29,681 nucleotides of DNA from Candidatus Fraserbacteria bacterium (GTDB lineage Bacteria > Bipolaricaulota > Bipolaricaulia > RBG-16-55-9 > JANLFV01), in assembly GCA_037446135.1 (NCBI GenBank), contig JBBIJD010000012.1, positions 1-29,681 of the forward strand, written 5' to 3'. The notes beneath the pieces were generated by a model. That model ran no database searches, had not been told where the DNA came from, and was given only the letters and a program-made list of their open reading frames with translations. The position numbers and the translations under genes were made by a program. This document shows, in pieces, positions 15,929 to 24,728 of this stretch. Every line of letters starts with the position of its first letter. The stretch's first letter is position 1.

Positions 15929-15937
15929 GGTAGCCTC

Positions 15938-17494
15938 CTATCCCACGAACTTCTTCCGCAGCTCGGATTTGATCACCTTCCCATAGGGCGAGTAGGGGAG
16001 GGCATCGGTGAAGACGACCCTCTTGGGGATCTTGTAGCGGGCCAGCTTCCCCTCGCAGAAGGAAAGGAGCTCCGCCTCTGTAGCCTTCATCCCCGGGTTG
16101 AGGACCACGACCATCAGCCCGACCTCGCCCCACTTCTCATCCGGGATCCCGATGAGGGCCGCCTCGGCCACCGCGGGATGCTCGCGGAAGACGGCCTCGA
16201 CCTCGGCGGCGTAGATGTTCTCCCCGCCGCTCTTGATCATATCTTTATACCGCCCGATGATGTAATAGAACCCCTCCTCATCCCGGCGGGCGATGTCCCC
16301 GGTCCGGAACCACGGCCCTCCGGGCCCATCGGAGAAGGCCTCGGCGGTCGCCTGGGGGTTCCGCCAGTAGCCACTGAAGACATGTGGCCCGGCGAGCCAG
16401 AGCTCTCCCTCTCGGCCGCTGGGGAGATCCCGGCCGGTCTCGGGCTCGACCACCCTCACCCGGCTGTGGAAGATCGGCTTCCCGACCGAGCCGGCCTTCC
16501 GGACCGACTCCTCATCGGTCATGGTGAAGCAATTGACCCCGGCCTCGGTGAGGCCATAGCCCTGGCGGAAGACCACTCTCTTGGCCTCACGCCACCGCTC
16601 CATCAGCGGGACAGGGCAGGGGGCTCCGCCGCTGATGAAGAATCGGACATGACTGAAGTCGGCCTGGGCGAAGTAGGGCTCCTCGAGCCAGATTTTAAAG
16701 AGCGTGGGGACCCCCAGGATCACGGTGCACTTCTCCTCGACGATCGCCCGGAGGGAGGCCTCTGGATCGAAGGTCCTTGCCAAGACGATCCTCCCGCCGA
16801 GGTAGAAGAGCGGGGTGAGGAAGGCGAAGAGCCCGCCGGCATGGAAGAGCGGAGTGAAGACCGGGGAAATATCTTCTTCATTCAAGCCCCAACTGACGGC
16901 GGTATTGATGCAATTCCACAGGACCTGGCGGTGGGGGATCATCGCTCCCTTCGGCCGGCCGGTGGTCCCCGAGGTGTAGAGGATGCAGAGGGTATCCTCA
17001 CCGGTTAGCGGCGGCCGGACCGGCTCCTCCGCAGCAGCCCGGGCCGTCTCCCGTTCGTAGTCGTAGGAGAGCGAACCGGAGCCGGGGAGCTTGGCCCCCT
17101 CGAGGCCCACATAATGGGGGACTCGGACCTGAGGCCGGAGCTCTTCGACTAGGCTCGCAAACTCTGGGCCGAAGAGGAGGACCTTCGGCTCGCAGTCTTT
17201 GACGATATAGCTTAGTTCACGGGCCGTGAGCCGCCAATTCAAGGGGGCGAAGATCGCCCCGAGCTTGGCCAGGCCATAAAGGAGGTCGAGGTAGACGACG
17301 CTATTGTGGGCTAAGATCGAGACTCGGTCCCCCTTCTCGACTCCGAGGCGACGGAGCCAGTTGGCCAGCCGATTGGCCCGCTCGTTCAGCTCCGCATAGG
17401 TGAACCTCCGACCAGTGGCGAGCTCCACCAGGGCCACCCGCTTGGGGGTCAGCTCCGCCCGCCTGGTCAAGAGATCCGCGTGCACTCCGTGCAT
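15938..17494 (-). CDS. acyl-CoA synthetase (AMP-forming, FadD/MenE-like)
   Basis: Start corrected to ATG 17494 (or GTG 17485); YTSGTTGRPKG, QGYGLTE, WFRTGD, SGGENIYAAEVE; paralog of 12464-14044. Confidence 0.93.
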   Translation of the reverse strand: MHGVHADLLTRRAELTPKRVALVELATGRRFTYAELNERANRLANWLRRLGVEKGDRVSILAHNSVVYLDLLYGLAKLGAIFAPLNWRLTARELSYIVKDCEPKVLLFGPEFASLVEELRPQVRVPHYVGLEGAKLPGSGSLSYDYERETARAAAEEPVRPPLTGEDTLCILYTSGTTGRPKGAMIPHRQVLWNCINTAVSWGLNEEDISPVFTPLFHAGGLFAFLTPLFYLGGRIVLARTFDPEASLRAIVEEKCTVILGVPTLFKIWLEEPYFAQADFSHVRFFISGGAPCPVPLMERWREAKRVVFRQGYGLTEAGVNCFTMTDEESVRKAGSVGKPIFHSRVRVVEPETGRDLPSGREGELWLAGPHVFSGYWRNPQATAEAFSDGPGGPWFRTGDIARRDEEGFYYIIGRYKDMIKSGGENIYAAEVEAVFREHPAVAEAALIGIPDEKWGEVGLMVVVLNPGMKATEAELLSFCEGKLARYKIPKRVVFTDALPYSPYGKVIKSELRKKFVG

Positions 17495-17498
17495 TTTG

Positions 17499-18263
17499 CT
17501 AGGTCCCGACCACGATCCCCCCGTCGACGCGCAGGACCGCCCCGGTGATGAAGCTGGCCTCTTCCGAGGCGAGGAAGAGATAGACATTCGCGACCTCTTG
17601 TGGCTGGCCGAGCCTTCCCAAGGGGGTGCGGGCCTTCATGTTCTCGAGGATCTTCTCCGGCATGGACTTGAGGATCTCCGTAGCGATGAATCCCGGGGCG
17701 ACGGCATTGACCCGGATGTTGTAGCGCCCGAGCTCTCTTGCCCAGACCTTGGTCATCCCGATGATCCCGGCCTTGCTCGCCACATAATTTGTCTGGCCGA
17801 AATTCCCGTCCAGCCCCACGACCGAGGCGGCGTTGAGGATCACTCCCCCGCCCTGCTTGATCATGTAGGGGACGACGGCCTGGGTGCAGTTGAAGGTCCC
17901 CTTGAGGTTGACCGCGATCACCAGGTCAAAGTCGGCCTCCGGCATCTGGCCGACCACCGCCCCGTCCTTCCACTTCACCAGTTGGCTATCTCTCAAGATC
18001 CCGGCATTGTTCACTAGGATGTCGATCCGGCCGAACTTCGCGGCCACAGCGTCCACCCAGGCCTGGACCGCCTCCCGGTCGGAGACATCGACTTTATAGA
18101 AGCTGGCTTGGGGGCCGAGTGCCCGGGCCGTCTCCTTTCCGGCCTGCTCGGCCACATCGCAGATCGCGACCTTGGCCCCCTCTTCGATGAACCTCTCGGC
18201 CGTGGCCTTCCCGATCCCCGCCGCTCCTCCTGTGATCAACGCGACCTTGCCCTGCAAGCGCAT
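17499..18263 (-). CDS. fabG: 3-oxoacyl-(ACP/CoA) reductase, SDR family
   Basis: Start corrected to ATG 18263; TGGAAGIG, NNAGILRD, GNFGQTNYVASKAG (YxxxK), NAVAPGFI, PLGRLG. Confidence 0.9.
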   Translation of the reverse strand: MRLQGKVALITGGAAGIGKATAERFIEEGAKVAICDVAEQAGKETARALGPQASFYKVDVSDREAVQAWVDAVAAKFGRIDILVNNAGILRDSQLVKWKDGAVVGQMPEADFDLVIAVNLKGTFNCTQAVVPYMIKQGGGVILNAASVVGLDGNFGQTNYVASKAGIIGMTKVWARELGRYNIRVNAVAPGFIATEILKSMPEKILENMKARTPLGRLGQPQEVANVYLFLASEEASFITGAVLRVDGGIVVGT

Positions 18264-18299
18264 CTCTTCTCTCCCTCCTCCCTTCACTTCCAATCCGAA

Positions 18300-18329
18300 T
18301 TTATATGGCCGCTCTCGCAGGCCGGTCAA
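18300..18329 (-). promoter_or_regulatory. probable promoter of the acyl-CoA operon
   Basis: TTGACC (18329-18324), 18 nt, TATAAA (18305-18300). Confidence 0.5.
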
Positions 18330-18381
18330 GTCGCAAGAGTGCCCCCTGGGGATGCTCAGGGCTTGGTTTAAGCTTACTTAC

Positions 18382-18981
18382 TTAGAGCTCGCTCCGCCCG
18401 CGGAGGGCTTGGGAGAGGGTCAGCTCATCGGCCAGCTCGAGGTCCCGCCCCAGTGGGACCCCATGGGCGATCCTGGTGACCTTCACCCCTAGTGGCCTGA
18501 TCCGCCTCGCGAGGAACATCGCCGTCGCCTCGCCCTCGACCTTCGGGTCTAAGGCCAGGATCACTTCCCGGACCTCGCCGGACTTGAGCCGCTCCTCCAA
18601 TGCGGCGATGTGGAGGTCCTCGGGTGCCACCCCCTCGACCGGGGAGATCAGCCCGCCGAGGACATGATAGAGGCCGCGATACTCATTGGTCTTCTCGAGC
18701 TTCCAGAGCTCCCGCGGCTGGGAGACGACGCAGATTGTCGACCGGTCACGGGAGGGGTCGGCGCAGATCGGGCAGAGCTCCTCCTCGCTATAGTTATAGC
18801 AGACCTTGCACTCCCTGATCCGCTGCTTCGCCGAGGTCAATGCTTGGGCGAGCTTTGCGACTGCCGCTTCATCCTGGGCCAGGAGGAAGAAGGCCAGCCG
18901 CTCGGCGGTCTTCCGCCCGATCCCGGGGAGCCGACCGAGCTCGCGGATCAGGCCCTCGAGAGATTCTGGGTAGCCCATCAA
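18382..18981 (-). CDS. recR: recombination mediator RecR
   Basis: LPGIGRKTAERLAF HhH, C4 zinc finger (CKVC...CPIC), YHVLGG, Toprim EGEATA. Confidence 0.97.
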   Translation of the reverse strand: MMGYPESLEGLIRELGRLPGIGRKTAERLAFFLLAQDEAAVAKLAQALTSAKQRIRECKVCYNYSEEELCPICADPSRDRSTICVVSQPRELWKLEKTNEYRGLYHVLGGLISPVEGVAPEDLHIAALEERLKSGEVREVILALDPKVEGEATAMFLARRIRPLGVKVTRIAHGVPLGRDLELADELTLSQALRGRSEL

Positions 18982-18989
18982 TCAAATCA

Positions 18990-19316
18990 TCAAAGGCCGA
19001 GGAGGTTCGGGAGCCCCAGCCCGCCTAGGAGGCCGCCCATCTCCTTTTGGGCCACCTCCTTCGCTTTAGCCTGGGCCTCCCGCACCGCTGCCAGGATCAA
19101 GTCCTCGAGCATCCCCACATCCTGGGGATCGACGACCTCCGGATCAATTTTGATATCGAGGATCTCCTCTCGACCGTTGGCCACGACCTTGACCATCCCC
19201 CCGCCGCTCGCGGCCTCGAGCCTCATCTCTGCCAGCTCGGCCTGCTTCTTCTCCAGCAACTCCTGCGCCCGCTTCACCTGGCGCATCAGCTCTTGGATCC
19301 CCGGCAGTCCCTTCAC
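18990..19316 (-). CDS. ybaB: YbaB/EbfC nucleoid-associated protein
   Basis: SGGGMVKV, IDPEVVDPQD..MLEDLILAA; between dnaX and recR; start corrected to GTG 19316 (AGGAGGAG RBS). Confidence 0.95.
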   Translation of the reverse strand: MKGLPGIQELMRQVKRAQELLEKKQAELAEMRLEAASGGGMVKVVANGREEILDIKIDPEVVDPQDVGMLEDLILAAVREAQAKAKEVAQKEMGGLLGGLGLPNLLGL

Positions 19317-19338
19317 TTTATCTCTCCTCCTCGGGCCA

Positions 19339-19368
19339 ATCATAGCGGCCCCGAAGGGCCCGCTTCAA
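19339..19368 (-). promoter_or_regulatory. internal promoter for ybaB-recR
   Basis: TTGAAG (19368-19363), 18 nt, TATGAT (19344-19339). Confidence 0.5.
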
Positions 19369-19391
19369 CCCGCTACACTAGCTTAGCTAGC

Positions 19392-20888
19392 CTAGCTGAG
19401 CAGCTCCCCATGGAAGGAGCGCTTGATCAGCTCCACCTTCTGGCGGAGCTGAGCCCTCTTAGTGGCTGGCTGGGAACTCGAGGCAGGAGCGGAGGCGAAG
19501 CCGAGCTCGACCACCAGATCGCCGTAGAACCTCCGGACCATCTCTTGGAGGAAGGAGCGGTTCTCCGGCTTCTCCAGGCTCTCCTTATGGAACCTATAGT
19601 CCGGGGAATACTCGATCCGGAGACGGCCCTCTTGAAGGAGCGGCCGCCCCTCGGCGAGGAAGGCATAGACTGCCACCCGCTCCTTCTTGATCTCCTCGAG
19701 CATCGCCTGCCACTTCTCCTCCGGCGGGCGCGGCACGGGTGCTGCTTGAGCTCGAGGCTGATGGCCCGGCTGGGGATCGGATTCTGGTCGGGAAGCGGCC
19801 AGTGCCCCACCTTGCCCTGGCATCCTCTTCAGCTCTTCGATGAGCCGGAGCGTCCCCACCTCCAGCATGATCCGCTTATCGAGCAGGAAGCGGAGCTCCC
19901 GCTTCAGCTCGAGGAGCCGATCGGAGAGGAAGATCAGCGCCTCGCTAGAGAAGTCCAATTCCGTCCCCGACCGCTGCTCCTGTTCGCCCCCGAGTCGGGC
20001 GATCAGCAGGTCGCGACAGAGCTCGATGGCCCCCTCGAGGAAGAGGTCGGGGTCTTTCCCCCGCTCGCTCAGGCGGGCGATGACCTCTAAGGCCCCTGAG
20101 GGATCTCGAGCTAGGATGGCCCTCAGGTAGTTTGCGAGGGCCTCCTCCCCCGGGAGGCCCATCACCTCCAAGAGATCCTCTTCCTCGATCTTCCCCTCGC
20201 CCTTGTAGGAGGCGAGCTGCTCCAAAAGGACCTCGGCGTCCCGGAAGGAGCCCTTTGCCCTCCGGGCGATCGCTCTGATCGCCTGCGGGCTGGCCGCGAT
20301 CCCCTCAGCCTGGGCGATCTCGCGGAGCTTCCGGTCGATCAGCTCCGGTGGGATCGGCTTGAACTCGAAGGCCTGGCAACGCGAGGCGACCGTCGGAGGG
20401 AGCTTGTGCGGCTCTGTAGTGGCGAAGATGAAGATCACCCTTCGCGGCGGCTCCTCCAAGGTCTTCAACAGGGCGTTGAAGGCCTCGTTCGTCAGCATGT
20501 GGACCTCATCGATGATGTAGACCTTGTATTTCGTCTCGGCGGGGACGAAGTTGACCTCCTCGCGGAGTTGTCGGATCTGGTCGATCCCGCGGTTGCTCGC
20601 ACCGTCGATCTCCAGGACATCGAGGGAGATCCCCCGCCCGATCCGTTGGCAAGCGGGGCACTCATTGCACGGCTCGCCTTCATGCGGGCTCTCGCAATTG
20701 ACGGCCTTGGCGAAGATCCGGGCCACGGAGGTCTTCCCTGTTCCGCGGGGCCCGGCGAAGAGGTAGGCATGGTGGAGCCGGCCGGAGGCCGCAGCGCTCT
20801 GGAGGGTCTTGACGGTGTAGTCCTGGCCGAGGACCTCGCGGAACCGCTGGGGCCGCCAGCGCCGGTAGAGAGATTGATGGTTTCCCAT
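19392..20888 (-). CDS. dnaX: DNA polymerase III subunit gamma/tau
   Basis: LYRRWRPQRF, HAYLFAGPRGTGKTS, Zn Cys motif, EIDGASN, IIDEVHML, FNALLKTLEEPP, SRC. Confidence 0.97.
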   Translation of the reverse strand: MGNHQSLYRRWRPQRFREVLGQDYTVKTLQSAAASGRLHHAYLFAGPRGTGKTSVARIFAKAVNCESPHEGEPCNECPACQRIGRGISLDVLEIDGASNRGIDQIRQLREEVNFVPAETKYKVYIIDEVHMLTNEAFNALLKTLEEPPRRVIFIFATTEPHKLPPTVASRCQAFEFKPIPPELIDRKLREIAQAEGIAASPQAIRAIARRAKGSFRDAEVLLEQLASYKGEGKIEEEDLLEVMGLPGEEALANYLRAILARDPSGALEVIARLSERGKDPDLFLEGAIELCRDLLIARLGGEQEQRSGTELDFSSEALIFLSDRLLELKRELRFLLDKRIMLEVGTLRLIEELKRMPGQGGALAASRPESDPQPGHQPRAQAAPVPRPPEEKWQAMLEEIKKERVAVYAFLAEGRPLLQEGRLRIEYSPDYRFHKESLEKPENRSFLQEMVRRFYGDLVVELGFASAPASSSQPATKRAQLRQKVELIKRSFHGELLS

Positions 20889-21097
20889 TCGGATTCTCCT
20901 CGGAATCTCTAAATCCCTCGAGCTCCAGAGCCCCTACCGGCTCTGGACCATCTCAGATCAGGCAAGATAAAGGAGCTGGGCCCCGTCCTCCCTTTTATCC
21001 TCCACCGGGGCGGGGGAAGTCAAGTCCCGGTGTCCCCCCGCTGGGGGGCACGAGCCCCCTTTACAAGAGGGAGAGAGGGGACCTCCTGGCCGAGGTT

Positions 21098-21286
21098 CTA
21101 GGCCTTCTGGACCTTCCCGGCCTTGATGCACCGGGTGCAGACCCGCATCCTCCTCCGCCCGCCGCGGTGGATGGCCCAGATCCGCTGGAGGTTGGGGAGG
21201 CGCTTCCTCGGATTGTGCTTCCCGGAGTAGCTCACCTGGCGGCCGATCTCCGGCCCCTTCCCGCAGATTTCACAGACCTTGGACAT
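21098..21286 (-). CDS. rpmB: 50S ribosomal protein L28 (zinc-binding type)
   Basis: MSKVCEICGK, PNLQ, VCTRCIK. Confidence 0.96.
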   Translation of the reverse strand: MSKVCEICGKGPEIGRQVSYSGKHNPRKRLPNLQRIWAIHRGGRRRMRVCTRCIKAGKVQKA

Positions 21287-21296
21287 CTTTCTCCTC

Positions 21297-22286
21297 CTAG
21301 CCTTTGCCTTTCAGCCGCTTGAGCTCTTCGATCAAGGTCGGGACGACCTCATGGAGGTCCCCCACAATCCCGTAGTCGGCCCGGGCGAAGATCGGGGCCT
21401 GCGGGTCCTTGTTGATGGCCACGATGATCTTGGCGTCCTTGCACCCGACCATGTGCTGGACCGCCCCGGAGATCCCGCAGGCGAAGTATAACTTCGGAGC
21501 GACCCTCGCGCCAGTCTGGCCGATCTGCTCCTCCGGCGGGCGCCAGCCATTGTTCACCGCGATGCGGGTGGCCCCGACCGCCCCGCCGAAGAGTGTGGCC
21601 AGCTCTTCAAGCTTCTTGAAGCCTTCTGCGCTCCCGACGCCCCGCCCGCCGGCGACCACGACCTCGGCCTCGGTGAGGCTCACGCCCTTCCGGACCGTCT
21701 CGATCAGCTCGCGGACGACTAGCTTGAGGTCAGCCTCTTCCAGTGGGACAGACAATCTCTCGACCTCGAGGTCGAGGCGGTCATTCGGCTCGGGCTCGGC
21801 CGGGAAGGCATGAGGTGCGAGGGTCAAAAGCCGCGGCTCGCTCACGAGCTCGGCCTCGGCGAAGAGGATCCCGCCCCAGACGGCCCGAGTGATCTTCAAT
21901 CGCCCGTCTTGGAAGCCCAGCTCGGTACAGCCACTGGCCAGGCCCAGATCGAGCCGGGCCGCGGCCCGCCCGAAGAGGTCCTTCCCCAGGGCCGTCCCCC
22001 CAGCGAGGACGACCTTCGGCCTGCGATCTTTGATGAGCTGAACGAGGGCCTTGGCATAGGCTGTCGGAGAGTAGGCCCTGAGCCCCTCGGACTCGACGAG
22101 GATCGCCCGCTCGGCCCCGAACTCCTTCAGCTTGGGGATGTGACGCTCGAGGTCCGCGCCGATGAGGAGGGCCACGAGCGGGAGCCCCGCAGCTTTCGCC
22201 AGCCGCCGCCCGGCAGTGAGCGCCTCGAGAGAAGCATCGACGATCGTGCCCTTCTGCTGCTCAACGAATGCTAGAATCATCGCCAT
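21297..22286 (-). CDS. etfA: electron transfer flavoprotein alpha subunit
   Basis: LTEAEVVVAGGRGVG, QIGQTG, GISGAVQH, AINKDPQAPIF, GIVGDL. Confidence 0.95.
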   Translation of the reverse strand: MAMILAFVEQQKGTIVDASLEALTAGRRLAKAAGLPLVALLIGADLERHIPKLKEFGAERAILVESEGLRAYSPTAYAKALVQLIKDRRPKVVLAGGTALGKDLFGRAAARLDLGLASGCTELGFQDGRLKITRAVWGGILFAEAELVSEPRLLTLAPHAFPAEPEPNDRLDLEVERLSVPLEEADLKLVVRELIETVRKGVSLTEAEVVVAGGRGVGSAEGFKKLEELATLFGGAVGATRIAVNNGWRPPEEQIGQTGARVAPKLYFACGISGAVQHMVGCKDAKIIVAINKDPQAPIFARADYGIVGDLHEVVPTLIEELKRLKGKG

Positions 22287-22295
22287 GTCATCACC

Positions 22296-23051
22296 TCAGG
22301 AGACGAGCCCTGCCTCGCGGAGCTTCTCCAGGAGCTTCGGGACTGCGGCCTTACCCTCACCGAGGACCTCCCCTCCGGCCCGCTCCGGGGGCTTCCTCAG
22401 CTGGAGGAGCCGGAGCGGCTCCTCCCTCGGCGTGGCCTTCACTGTCTTGATCTCCTTCCGCTTGGCGAGCATGATCCCCCTCAAGCTGGGATGGCGGGGA
22501 CGGTTCATCCCATCGACGAGGGTGAGAACGGCCGGTGGCGCAAGCTCATAGACCTCCTCGCCTAGCTCGACCCCGCGGTGGACCACGATCTTTCCGTCCT
22601 GGAAGTCGATCTTCTTGACCCCATCGACCGCGGGCAGGCCGAGGGCCTCGGCCACCGCCAGCCCGACCTGGTGGTGCGAGCCGTCACCGGATTCGAGCCC
22701 GAAGAAGAGAAGGTCAAATTCTAGTCCCTTGAGGGCCTGAGCCAAGGCCGAAGCGGTGCTCTTCGGGCCCCAGGCCTCCTCATCGCCCTCGATCTCCAGG
22801 AGGACCCCCTCGTCCGCGCCCATGGCGATCGCCTCGCGGATCGTCTCCGTCGCACCTGAAGGGCCGAGCGAGAGGATCGTCACCTGGCCCCCTTTCGCCT
22901 CCTTGATCCGGATCGCCTCCTCGACCGCGCATTCATCGTGGGTGTTCATCACATAGTCCAGGCCGGTGGAGACGAGCCGCTTCCCATCCGGGGCGATCTC
23001 CACCCTCTCTTGGGTGTCCAAGACCCGCTTCAAGCAGACGACGATCTTCAC
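22296..23051 (-). CDS. etfB: electron transfer flavoprotein beta subunit
   Basis: MKIVVCLKRV.D, N..D..AVEEA, AMGAD, NRPRHPSLRGIM.AK; GTG start overlaps the tsaB stop. Confidence 0.94.
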   Translation of the reverse strand: MKIVVCLKRVLDTQERVEIAPDGKRLVSTGLDYVMNTHDECAVEEAIRIKEAKGGQVTILSLGPSGATETIREAIAMGADEGVLLEIEGDEEAWGPKSTASALAQALKGLEFDLLFFGLESGDGSHHQVGLAVAEALGLPAVDGVKKIDFQDGKIVVHRGVELGEEVYELAPPAVLTLVDGMNRPRHPSLRGIMLAKRKEIKTVKATPREEPLRLLQLRKPPERAGGEVLGEGKAAVPKLLEKLREAGLVS

Positions 23052-23725
23052 TGAGCGATCACCCCTTTCAATTTGAGCTCGGCCAATGGCCGCTGGAGGT
23101 AGTGCGGCTCGAGGGAGAAGAGCTCGTCCTCTCGAGCTATCGCGAATTTAGCCGCACCGAGCAGGGCCACCTCCAGGCCCGAGGGGAGGTTCAATCCCCG
23201 TGGGGCGACCATTCCGCCCCGAGCAATGAGCTCCTCCCGATAGCGCTCGGCCCCACCTCCCAGGAGGAGCCGGCCAGTCAGATCCTCGACCAAGACCGTC
23301 TCGATCTCTTCGACTCGCTCCAAGTCCAAGCGCATCTCCACTCCCACAAAATCTGTCCGGTAGACCAAGTTCCGCCGATCATGGATCAGGACAGAGACCC
23401 TTCCAGGCCAGAACTCGACCCGCCGGGCATAGCTTTCGGCCGTCGGGACCCCGACCAGTGGGATTCTCAAGGCTTGAGCCAAGCCCTTGGCTGTGGCCAG
23501 CCCGATCCTCAAGCCGGTGAACGAGCCCGGCCCGGCGGAGACGGCAATCAACTCCAAAGCCTCGACTCGGAGGCGGACTAGCTCCAGGAGCCGGTCGATC
23601 GCCTGGATCAGCCGCTCCGCCTGGCCCATCCTCGCGGAGAAGGTCAGCTCGCCGATAGCTGAGGGGCCATCAGTGAGCCCGACCGAGCCGATCTCCGTGG
23701 CCGTATCGATCCCCAGGGTCAGCAT
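23048..23725 (-). CDS. tsaB: tRNA threonylcarbamoyladenosine biosynthesis protein TsaB
   Basis: LGIDTAT, GPGSFTGLRIG, LEPHYL. Confidence 0.95.
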   Translation of the reverse strand: MLTLGIDTATEIGSVGLTDGPSAIGELTFSARMGQAERLIQAIDRLLELVRLRVEALELIAVSAGPGSFTGLRIGLATAKGLAQALRIPLVGVPTAESYARRVEFWPGRVSVLIHDRRNLVYRTDFVGVEMRLDLERVEEIETVLVEDLTGRLLLGGGAERYREELIARGGMVAPRGLNLPSGLEVALLGAAKFAIAREDELFSLEPHYLQRPLAELKLKGVIAQ

Positions 23726-23738
23726 AGCATCCTCGGCG

Positions 23739-23768
23739 ATTTTAGCTGAATTGGGCCGGGGATCGCAA
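23739..23768 (-). promoter_or_regulatory. internal promoter for tsaB-etfBA-rpmB
   Basis: TTGCGA (23768-23763), 18 nt, TAAAAT (23744-23739); 13 nt before ATG 23725. Confidence 0.5.
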
Positions 23769-23786
23769 CTCCGCTCCGCGGTTGCG

Positions 23787-24728
23787 CTAACCCTCTGTTG
23801 AGCAGGCGAGGAAGAACCTCTGGGCCTCTCGCAAATCCCGCTCGATCTGCCGCTGGAGGGCCTCTTGATCGGGGAATGCCATCTCCCCGCGGAGCCGCTC
23901 GAGGAGATGGACCTCTAGCTCCTTGCCATAGAGCTCCCCGGCGAACTCGAGGAGGTAGACCTCGTAAGACCTCTCTTTCCCGTCGAAGGTCGGCCTCCGG
24001 CCGATGTAGAGCAAGCCGAGGAGGCGCGCCTCCTTGAGCCCTGGAGGCGAGCCTCCCGCGAGCTTGACCTCGACGGCATAGACCCCGTCCGGTGGGGTGA
24101 CCAGCTCCTCCGAGATCTTGAGATTGGCCGTGGGGAAGCCGAGCTTCTGGCCCCGCCCCTCCCCGCGGACCACCGGGCCGAAGAGCAGCGGAGGGTAGCC
24201 GAGGAGCTGCCTCGCCCCTGAGATGTCCCCGGCCTGGATCGCCTCCCGGACGGCGGTCGAGCTAACCACTCGGCCCGAGATCGCCAGCCGGGCTAGGGCC
24301 TCGACTTGAAAGCCATGGGCTTTCCCCAGCTCCCGCAAGAGGGCCACATCCCCTTCCCGTCCCCGCCCGAAACGGTAGTCCTCCCCCACGACGACATAGG
24401 CCGGGTTCAAGCGGGCCTTCAGGAGGCGGACGAACTCCTCCGGCCCGAGCCACCGGAGCTTGGGGAAATCGGCGACCACTACAAGGTCGACTTCTTCTTC
24501 CAGGAGCCTCAGCTTCAGCTCCGGTGGGAGGAGGAGCCGCTTCTCCCCTCCGAGGTAGCTCCGCGGCGGCTTGGGGAAGGTGAGGGCCGCGCTTGTGAGG
24601 CCCTCCTCTTTCGCCAGGGCCCGGGCCCGCCCCAAGAGGAGGCGATGGCCCAGATGGAGCCCATCGAAGGTCCCGAGGGCCACGACGGTCACCTGTCCGG
24701 GAGTGGCCTCATCTAGAGCGATGCGCAT
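23787..24728 (-). CDS. ribF: bifunctional riboflavin kinase/FAD synthetase
   Basis: GTFDGLHLGH, VGEDYRFG, VSSTAVR, GFPTAN, GVYAV, G.RPTF, LRGE..F. Confidence 0.96.
   Translation of the reverse strand: MRIALDEATPGQVTVVALGTFDGLHLGHRLLLGRARALAKEEGLTSAALTFPKPPRSYLGGEKRLLLPPELKLRLLEEEVDLVVVADFPKLRWLGPEEFVRLLKARLNPAYVVVGEDYRFGRGREGDVALLRELGKAHGFQVEALARLAISGRVVSSTAVREAIQAGDISGARQLLGYPPLLFGPVVRGEGRGQKLGFPTANLKISEELVTPPDGVYAVEVKLAGGSPPGLKEARLLGLLYIGRRPTFDGKERSYEVYLLEFAGELYGKELEVHLLERLRGEMAFPDQEALQRQIERDLREAQRFFLACSTEG

Noticed and set aside
15881..17008. Long antisense ORFs (also 19047-20090, 24958-26013, 14712-15380, 18610-19386)
   Set aside because: Shadow frames of well-supported genes, expected in high-GC DNA; no family motifs.
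19392..20888. Programmed frameshift or slippage site in dnaX
   Set aside because: No A-AAA-AAG heptamer or long T/A run seen.
20924..20947. SRP RNA upstream of dnaX (CCGGTAGG loop)
   Set aside because: Lacks the conserved CAGG...GGAA...AGCAG domain IV internal loop; it is a simple perfect hairpin.
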